Below, piece by piece: positions 48,376 through 64,000 of a stretch of 64,000 nt of DNA; position 1 is the stretch's first letter, and every line of letters starts with the position of its first letter. Source of the stretch: Lingula anatina (Eukaryota; Animalia; Brachiopoda). Below the pieces are notes generated by a model that saw only the letters and a program-made list of their open reading frames with translations, was not told where the DNA came from and did not search any database. The position numbers and the translations under genes are program-made. The stretch lies in NCBI GenBank assembly GCA_051362555.1, contig CM120645.1:5270001-5334000 (forward strand), read 5' to 3'.

Positions 48376-51300
48376 GTGTAGTTGATGTAATATACATTTT
48401 TCTGTAAGGAATAGCCAGAGAATGGAGAACTCCATTTACAAGCAATTTGCTGCATTTTCTTTTCAATTCCATTTGCAGTAGTATGGTTATGTGACCGAAA
48501 CAAAAAGGAAGAGCTTTTGGATCTTCGGTCTATCTAATCAACAGCATGCTGACTACTTACAAACTTGCCATAGCAGAGGCGCACAAATCCATTTCTGAAG
48601 TCCATGGACTGGTTTTCCATGATGTCGGCCCTTATTCTCTCCTCTTCAGTGGTGCCACCTGTATAACACCTTTATATTATTGTTATTGTTCCATTACCAC
48701 TAATTTACAAGTTACTTTACAGAGCAAGTTATTAAATTCTCTTACCACAATTTTATAATTTGAAATTTTGAGTATGTTACATCTTCAAAAGAATGACAAA
48801 GTAAGCTCTAATCTGCATCAGTTCTAATTACAACATTTAAACCTTTATAAGGGAGAATTAACTAAAATAATTAGTTTCTTAAAGCATCATTGTCCGTCTA
48901 ATGCATTCTCCTTCGCCTGTATTTTTTGTCATAATCATAATGAACTGACTGTCAACAAGAACTATCAGCCTGTTTGAAATAAGTTTGAAAAGTTTTTGGT
49001 CAATTTCACAAAAGAACTTTGAAACTCTGTGTAAAGGTGTAGTTTTGGGGTTTAATTCAGTTTTAACGTTTTTGGTAAAAACTGTATGATAGAAAACTCA
49101 CAGAGATTGTGTTTCCGTCCAATGTATCTCAGAATGGCATTGCTCTGCACAACCTTACGATCCCCATCGATCAGGTATGGGAGCTGTAACCAGGGCAACA
49201 TGGTGAAGAAAGGACACGTTCACAAGTGGACCAACTTATACCAGAAACTATCAAACTGATGTCACCAGATGACTGGACAACAGAATTTGGCATCAAAAAC
49301 CAAAAGGTCTTGTAGAAGTTATGATAATAACTATAAATGCATTTTGGTTCCAAATTGACATCAAAGATTCCAGACACACTTTAATTTGGTTTTACTTGTG
49401 AAAGCACCCATACAGGATAGTTCATATCAAAGTGGATGGCATTGTATCCTCTGGATTCATGCTATGGTGTTGAATGATTCTTCAAAAGGTAATTTAAAAT
49501 CTTTTTAATTAGAATTTAAAAATTATCAATGACATTGCAATTTGAAGTGTAGAGAAATGACATAAGTGTCCCATTTCTAGCTAAATGCATTTAAAAACCT
49601 TTTGTCTATTGAAATACTGATCTTAGACTATAAGTTAAGTCCAGAGGTGTAGAGATTATTAGATTTTAATAATGAACTGATAATGTTAGACTTTGTCTAC
49701 TTACATTTGGGTATGGCAGTCCCAGTGTGTGCTTGACACTTGTCCATGCTTCTCGGTTGAAATCAGGTGCTGAAAAATGCAAAAATATTTTCTTTCAAGG
49801 TTACCATATAGCCAATAGGTTTCTAGTCTGTATAAGGCCAAACTTTGCTTTTGCCAGCAAGAAAAATTCAGAGTCAAATAGATTTTAGCTTACTGTAATA
49901 TGTTGTTATCAAAATTACTGGAACATTGAAAAAAATCCTCTTTCCATGCTGTATTCTAACATTGTTAAAAATTGATTTTGTTGAGAATTCTGTGCAGCTT
50001 GTTAAACTGATTTTTGGTAATGTTAAAAAATTATACTATTTAAGCCAAATCTAAATATATATATATGTTTATATTTACCAGGGCCACACTCATACTTTCT
50101 GTCTTCAAACTCCTCTCCAACATAGTTGAGTAGCAAACGTATGGGCTGTGCTAACTGAAATTAGATCAAATATAGTGAACATTCAAGACCCCCATAAGAT
50201 ATCTTTCTTCCACTTGGATATGCCTTAAGTTTGTAAAAATTGCCAGTCATAAACAATTATCAAAATGACACTATCTTAAGTATACTGGTATCTGCACCTT
50301 AAGGTTAAAAAAAGTTTATCATGGGGATATAGTTACACTTGCAGCTGCTCCACTTGATAATAATGGAGATAGCAAGTTCAACCATGATAGCATGTTTTTT
50401 GTCAACTTGACATTTTTTACCTTTAACAGATCAATAGGATTTTATATAAAAAGACTTTATGAGATACTGGTGTTTATGAGCCCTCATATGGTTAAATAGT
50501 TCATTCCTGTACATTCTATTATCAGTATAAATACAATGCCATAAGAGTGCTAATAATAATCACCCCCTATCACATCTACTATATTTATTTTCACATTTAA
50601 TGTAGTTTTGCTTTAATAAATATTAAAACCTTAAATAGGGGTGTCAATGCTGGTAATGCAGTTTATTGTCAATAGTCAATTTTTTTCTGTAAAACAGAGG
50701 ACAAAGAAGTAAGGGTCGAGGGAGTACTTGGGGGGGGGGGGGGGGAGGCACTGAACAAGTATGCACTTCCCCTCCCCTTCTTGACTCAGTGTAATATGAT
50801 ATGAGGCAGAACTCTGCCCACACTTACTGTATCATTAGCAAAGGATGGCCTTACAGTTACAGTAAAGCCAAGTTGATCTGGGACTAGTTTAGTTATAAAA
50901 TGTATAGTGTTGTAATGTATTAAACTCTCCTTAGGTGTGGTAGAACAGTTCTGCTTTTCAAATTCAAATAAACTGAAATTTGTTGCTTATTGGGATTAAT
51001 TCCTAGTTGGATACTGGTTTTCAAATGCATTTACTGCATATGCTTTGGAAGATACAATGTATCAGTTTAATTCTACCAGTATTTCCCATATTGCATGCAT
51101 CTGTGACCAAAAATTCTTTCACTTTGCCTGTTTCACATGAACCTTAAGTGTAATTGGGAAAATCCTAGAATCAAATTTTAAACTGTGTAGGCTATTAATA
51201 CTTGGCTCCTTTACTTTAAATGTGACAAATTTTAAGTATTTGAAGAGGCGAAAATCAAGTTGGGCAACTTTTGACTCATTTTTTGAAGTGTCCCCTGAAA

Positions 51301-51704
51301 TAAAAGACAGGCATGGTGTCACTAAAACATGCTAAAGAAGACAGATCGTAAAACTGCTTATTCATACTCAGATATGTAGCTGTGTGTAATATTTCAAGTG
51401 TCCAGTTTAATAAGAAAAAAATCATATGTGGGGATCCTATGGTCTGAGGTTTGTCTATACAATATAAATAATCGGTTTGCGAAGTTATTTGCAAAGGTTC
51501 AACTTGAGTCCCACATGTAACGTGACCGTTGTTGTTGAAACTGGATCTGTTCACTGAACTTCAGGTGTTAAAACTAACTTGGTAAAACTATACACGTGTA
51601 CATGTAAAAAGTCTACTCCTGTCTAGTACTTTTATGTACACGTACTGTACTACTACTACTGCTCTTACCCCTCGAATCGACCAATAGCCAAGAACAATCG
51701 GCAT
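46935..51704 (-). CDS. Glutathione S-transferase, mu class; 221 aa with proximal last exon 8a
   Basis: Exons 51704-51669, 50154-50079, 49769-49705, 49183-49102, 48658-48561, 48333-48235, 47683-47573, 47033-46935. [21 protein letters not shown] (catalytic Tyr), mu-loop [59 protein letters not shown]; 8-exon layout typical of mu GSTs. Confidence 0.96.
48335..48374. repeat. (TAA)n microsatellite abutting the GST exon 6 acceptor
   Basis: On the minus strand (TTA)n runs directly into the AG of the acceptor. Confidence 0.9.
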
Positions 51705-53569
51705 TTTAGATCAGGTACAAGAATAGAGGAGAGCTTGGGATCACCCTGATCAACAGTTGGACACAGATGCGCAGGGCTGACCCAGTTTTCGGCTTATCAT
51801 TCAAGACCCTTTAGCTGATTGATTTACTAACTTGACGTTCCCCCTTAAGACATTAGAATATTGAGATTAAAATAACACTGCTGGCAAAAGATTTACTGTA
51901 TGGACATGATTTTACATCAATACGTTCAATGCAATGAGCTTACAGAGTAAGTGTTGATAAAGACATAATATTGCACGTCTGTTTATACAAATGCAATATT
52001 TTTTGATACACTAAGCGAGTGAAGTGTGGGAAAATTAAAATCTAGGTCAAAATGCGGTTACCTGTCACGCTCGGGTGGGCATCAGTGAGTGACAGCGAGT
52101 GTGATTATTCAGACTACTTTAAACCAGGGAACAGGAGGGACACGGTGGACCATTCAGGTAAAGTTACGACAAACACTTTGTGAACAGTTAATTTTACAGA
52201 ATATGTTGACATTTTATTTTAGCCTGATCCTCGACAAGTTTTGTGGTTGAACCCCAATCGCGTCCCTTCTAATCGGAGTGGACGATGTGATCAGGTATTC
52301 TAAATAAGATATGATCTTCGCTAGAGTAGCCTCAGTAAGTAGACCAACTTGTAAGTCTGTAGCCGTCTGAATAAGACGAGATCCGCTATACTTAGTCTCC
52401 ACTCATGCTGTCCCCTCCATTGGAGAAATTAATATACGAACTTCTGAAGTGGAAATGTGAAATGGATACAACTTAAAGTGGCGAAGTCTACGGGATTAGT
52501 TGTCGCCCAGTACCTCCTCCCCCTATTTATTCTCTTCCTCGATTGTTTTCAGTTAGATTTACGTTAAATCACAAATAATAAATAATGTATCAGCTTTGTC
52601 AAATAAACTTCAATGAAGCCTCAAAACAAATACATGTAACTTGTGAAATCATAAGAAATAAGGATCCAAGTTCCCTTTAAAATGTAGTAGGCCTATGAGG
52701 TAGTATATGCAAAATGTAAATTATAGCAAAGTGAAAGGTGTGGTGATCGAAATTCCGTATTTCAAATAAAGTTAAGACTTGGAAAGATGACTCATGTAAT
52801 TTGAGAAAATGGAATTACAAAGTCAAGTTTCCCAAACACCTTTATATATAGATAAAATTATGCATTATGTCAGGTAGTATACAGGTAGATGATAGTGTGA
52901 TAACATGTACCTCTGAATAAGAAACATTTCTTCCGTATTGGGGTCAATATCATACTTTCTTTCAAAACAAAAATTATTATCATGATGGCTGCTTCTAAGG
53001 GGAAAGTTGATTTTATGGTCTTTTATGGCAGGTTCTGGTGAAAACATTGAAGGAATTGTCAACAGTAATATTTCTGTTTGGGATTTGTCATGGAAATAAA
53101 ACTCTGAATCTACTAATACTATAGAGAAAATACATTAATATCCCATCTAGTCATAGAAAGTTTGTAGATATTTATTTTTTACCTTAAATCAACATGACAA
53201 TTTAATTGCCTGAACATATCATGTGTATTTAACACCTCTTATTGTGTCAGTTTAAGTATTGTGCAATACTTACAGTAATTTAAACTAAGTCACATTTTAC
53301 TACCTACATCTTTTGTTTTGATCGGCTAGGAAGGAAGGAAATACCAGAGAATGTGACCCTGTCATTAGAACCATTAACCTCACCTGAGCTCATTTGCACC
53401 TGTTTCACCTATGTCCCATATCATTATTCATTATACGCCTCTGTTATGTTTGGTCTACTTTGAATATACCTTTACTATGGTTTGGTTATTAGACTTCACC
53501 TTTCTCATTTACGAATGTACTAGTATCTGAATCACAGTGGAATATACAGGTGAGGCCTTTATATATCTT

Positions 53570-53614
<45 letters not shown>

Positions 53615-56108
53615 TGAAACGGGCCAAAATTAGCCCAAAGCTAACCATTTCCTACTATGCCAATGGAAAATGGTCAAATATGAACCGAGCATGTAAAACT
53701 ATAGTGTCTGCAAATTAGCGGAATATTGCATTAACACAGTTATGAATTTTGTAAAGATAGTGCTTAATGCTTTACCAGTTCTTAAGTTGTGATAATTATA
53801 TGTCATTATAATACATGAATTTTACTGTCTGTGATGAGATTCAAGATATTTTGTTCAAGTCCATTTTATCCCATTTGAATCTTAAGAAAATATAATTGCA
53901 GTGGTTGCATTTGGTTTGAATATTGAATATATATCAAGTTGAGGTCTTTTTACCTGCAATTTGATATTTAAAATTATTATGGTATTTAAATATATATACA
54001 AAGTGACTGATTGAAAGGTCTCTGACTGCTAGTGTTATTCTGGGCATTATTGGTGTTATTCTGTTTATTATTGATTGACAGTGACTAAGATTTCAGTTAT
54101 TTTTTTTATAGGTTATGTTGTTGACATTTACTAGTAAATTCCTTCAATGTCCCCATGAAGGATGCAAGCATGCAGCATTACAGATAAACTTCCAAGTTGA
54201 TATTATTACCGATAGGAGAGAAGACTCCAAACCGTATTTAAGGGCACTTGTCTATCTGGACATCTAAATTAGCACATACATGTAGGATCTCACCTACTAC
54301 TGTTTTACTTCCTGTTTTCTCAGTAAGATCTAAGATGACAGGGTTATCTGAATTTCCTGTCACTATGTGGTTAAACAAAGATTTATGTTATGATATTGAA
54401 GGATATAATAGGTTTATAGTGGTGGGCCCAATTGTTATGTATGACAGTATGAAGGAAGTCTGCCAGTGACGTAGATAGGGGGTTACATGTTGTGAGTGTT
54501 ATAATTTATGGTGTCTGACAGATAGGACTGTTATTGTGAAATATGCTGAGTTATTTTTAGCTTTGTTATTGTTGTTATTATCTATAAGTTGGTTGAGATA
54601 AGTTAATTTGAAAGGAAATTTGGCTCTCTTCTTTTAAAGGTTTTGTCTGTGGGGTAATGTCATTATGTTTTTTATACATGGATATTATATATATAAGTAA
54701 TGCCTTCAAAATCTTTTGGGGAACAGAAATCTAAGAAATATGATCATACCATCTTATTAAGTCCAGTAGCTCAGAGATTTTATGTACTACAGTGCTTTGA
54801 CCAGCATTTTTGGATGGAGGAAGTGGATTTAACCCCATAGCTCAAAATAGATCCATCTTTTAATTTTGTACCTGACAAAGTAACTTTCATTTCACAATAA
54901 GGTGCCATAAACGCTGTACTTCTATAGCAATTTGTCATACTTTTCCTTTCTTGTTTGCAAACTAACAAAGGCTACTGCAGTGCTTCTAACATATTGCTGT
55001 GGGTCAGTGTAGGCACAGTGGTGACAGCAGACATTGTTATTTAAAATGATAGACCAGTCCTTGCTTGTTTTTAAGTAAAAGAGAGACCATTTCCATGTTC
55101 ATTTTAATTCTGGATCGGCAAAACATATGTCAGCAGTTTCTTTTCCACATCAGGTATGTTACAATTTACTGTGTTTAATAACTAATCTGAAATAGAGGAA
55201 GTGAAGTTAAAGATATAATTGACACACATATATTTTCATCATGTGTATTTAAAAGGTACTGTGTAATTTGCACATAAACAATACTAATGTGTTGGTCATC
55301 TGGTTATATGAACAACAATGGAGGGTGTGTTTGTCAACACTGTCACTGAGAGCGACTGGACATTTGACTAATTAATGAATTTCTAGTAATAACAAGGCCT
55401 TGATTTTGTCACTTATGTATGGAACTCTTCCACCCATGGAGATGCACTCAAAAGTATTAATGGAAAATTGTGGAAAGCTTTAGTTTTTTTAACAAAAAAA
55501 AAAAAAAAACTCCTTGCCATGTGGGACCACAGAATTCACACATTCAGAAAAAATCTACTTGTCCACAAGAAAATTTACTGGCCACAGGCTTCGTACCAGT
55601 GGCTAACATCGCAGACTGCCAAACTGTCTATTAGTCTATACATTATACAATGTATTTTAACAATCTGTTTCTGGACTTGCAAAGCCTGTCAATTAGGTAG
55701 TTATCATGATATATATTAGCCTGACAGTGACAGGTATTCAGAGTGTTGTTTTAAGTCTGTTATTATAGACCTGTTATTCCCGCATGCTACCTGTACATGT
55801 ATTACCACATGTGCATGAGGTGGTCATTATATGTTAAAGGAATATTCGTCCACAAAACCCTTTAAGGATAACACAATAGCTGGTTACTGGGGCGTGGTAA
55901 AAATTGGACCCAGCATGACTAAGGGGAAGGCTGTCTGTGTCAGGTGGGTGGGTAATATACCACTGGGTTTGTCTTCACACTATTTTTTAACTTTCTACCT
56001 TTGTATTGTTTTGTTTTGGTATCCTTAGGCTTGTATTTGACATGATTACTAGTAACAAGCTTGTTTCAAATACATTTTTGAATGAAACCCTGACCACACA
56101 CACACACA

Positions 56109-56149
<41 letters not shown>

Positions 56150-57626
56150 ACTGGACAATAACAAAATTGGTATTCAGATGTGAATTCTAAACATAGAAAT
56201 ACACGACTGACTGATATTCCATTGGTACCTTAGTAATTGGACACACATAATGATTCAGTAATGAAAGGCCATGAGAACTAGATGTACCCCATTAATAGTT
56301 CTAAATGAACCCTTCTTCCTCTCAATTTAATAATTGATCATTGTGACAGAGAAATGTTTGTGTAAGCAAAACACCATTAGAATAATGAGTCCATGTGGTC
56401 TCTGAGCCAGGTTGATATTATTTTCTTATCCTTCTCATATATGTTACCACTGGGATTTTACAGGTACAGTTGAATGGAATTTCCCCAATGTATTTAAAGT
56501 AAGTCACTGTTCATTTTTGACAATACATGCTGTTGCAAAAATGGAAATTGATTTGTATTTCTGGGTCTTTTATATTCACATATCCTGTTATTAATTTATT
56601 TTATTTATTTTGATTGTATCTTTTTTTTTCCAGCTGCATTATATATTATGGCAATCCATTATATGCTGGTTTCATGTGTAGGCCTTTATAATGGCCTTTA
56701 AATTGGACTCAATATCCAGGACTCATTCATATTGATTATTAAATCGTGTAACTGTGCTAGCATGTTTAAACATTTATAGACAGTTTGGGTATTACAAGAC
56801 ACCTGCAGTGTGGGGTTGACATCACTGCAGTTAATGGCTAGATAGACTAGTGTTATAAGAAAGCTGTGACAACACAACTTTGTATCTTGTTTTGCAGACT
56901 GTAAGGAAAAAAGGAACAAGTTTGAGTCAGTTTTACAGTGAAAGAACTGTTGTTGTTGTTAACTCACACTGTTTTAACACTAGGTTATTCTTTACTTATG
57001 ATATTTGATGTAGCCCTATGTACAAATCAGTCACTTTAAGCTGTTATTGTACTACTAATAGTTATAACTTAGCTTATATAGCATTTGACTAAATTATTTT
57101 TGTTTTACAGAACTGAGGACTTGAATAGCATTGAAGGAAGAGTAGTCACAGCTTAAAGAGAGGGTAAGTAATTTTGTTACAAATTTAATTTTTAAAAATA
57201 AAAAAAGAGAAAACATTAATGATCATAGAATAAAATCAAAATGAGATAAAGGGAAATTTTACTTGGCTTATTCAAATCAAGTTCAATTTAAAGAGTTACC
57301 TCATTATTTAAAATGAAAAAAATGAGATAGCGAACTTAAACATACAAAAAGTAGAAATATTGAAAAAACCACAAAGTTAATTAAAAAAACTATTTTATAA
57401 AACAGCTGCCTAGAAAAGATAGTACCCAATAAGATGTCTCTTGTTTAAGATATTTCATAGTTGGTCAGATCATCTGATTTGTAGAATTTTGTTTATTTAT
57501 TGATTTTATTGATATTATGATTATATTTTTGCTTTTCTTTTCAGTAAATTTGAAGTTAAAAATTATTTTTATATCATAACCCTTTGACATCAAATACATA
57601 TATCATCTAGAAAGCAGTTCATCAGG

Positions 57627-63912
<6,286 letters not shown>

Positions 63913-64000
63913 GTAGGTTGTACTTTATGAAGTATATTAACTAATTAGGTCCACCAGACCGAACTTTAAGCATCGCCCTGAATTCTAATAGCCTATCTGC

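Noticed and set aside
8710-51704. Functional 'redox cluster' (SPS2, sGC, GST)
   Set aside because: The genes are interspersed with unrelated ones and on different strands; without synteny or co-expression data, proximity is not evidence.

Overview
AT-rich, intron-rich animal genomic DNA (invertebrate; the repeat types and secreted proteins suggest a lophotrochozoan, probably a mollusc, which is inference). I reconstructed seven spliced genes by hand from GT-AG junctions; the ORF track shows only fragments of them. (1) ING3 (+, 11 coding exons). (2) A selenocysteine-containing selenophosphate synthetase SPS2 (+, 7 exons) with in-frame TGA, a GGG-TGT context, an in-CDS SRE hairpin and a 3'UTR SECIS. 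(3) A TPR-like + SMYD5-like SET protein with a second MYND finger (+). (4) A beta2-like soluble guanylate cyclase with a full catalytic residue set and a CaaX box (+). (5) A 123-aa secreted poly-Ala/Arg protein with Tyr/Gly/Lys ends (-), in a frame the ORF track does not report. (6) A mu-class GST (-) with two intact, duplicated alternative last exons. (7) The 5' part of a secreted protein with 8 EB-like modules and C-type-lectin-like domains (+) carrying a furin-type site and DxDxDG loops. Introns and intergenic DNA hold several MITE families (one demonstrably nested insertion), a Helentron/HINE-like composite repeat and microsatellites. Best candidates for novelty: the Ala-rich secreted protein, the GST C-terminal exon switch, the RNA structures around SPS2, and the cleavable EB/CTLD protein.
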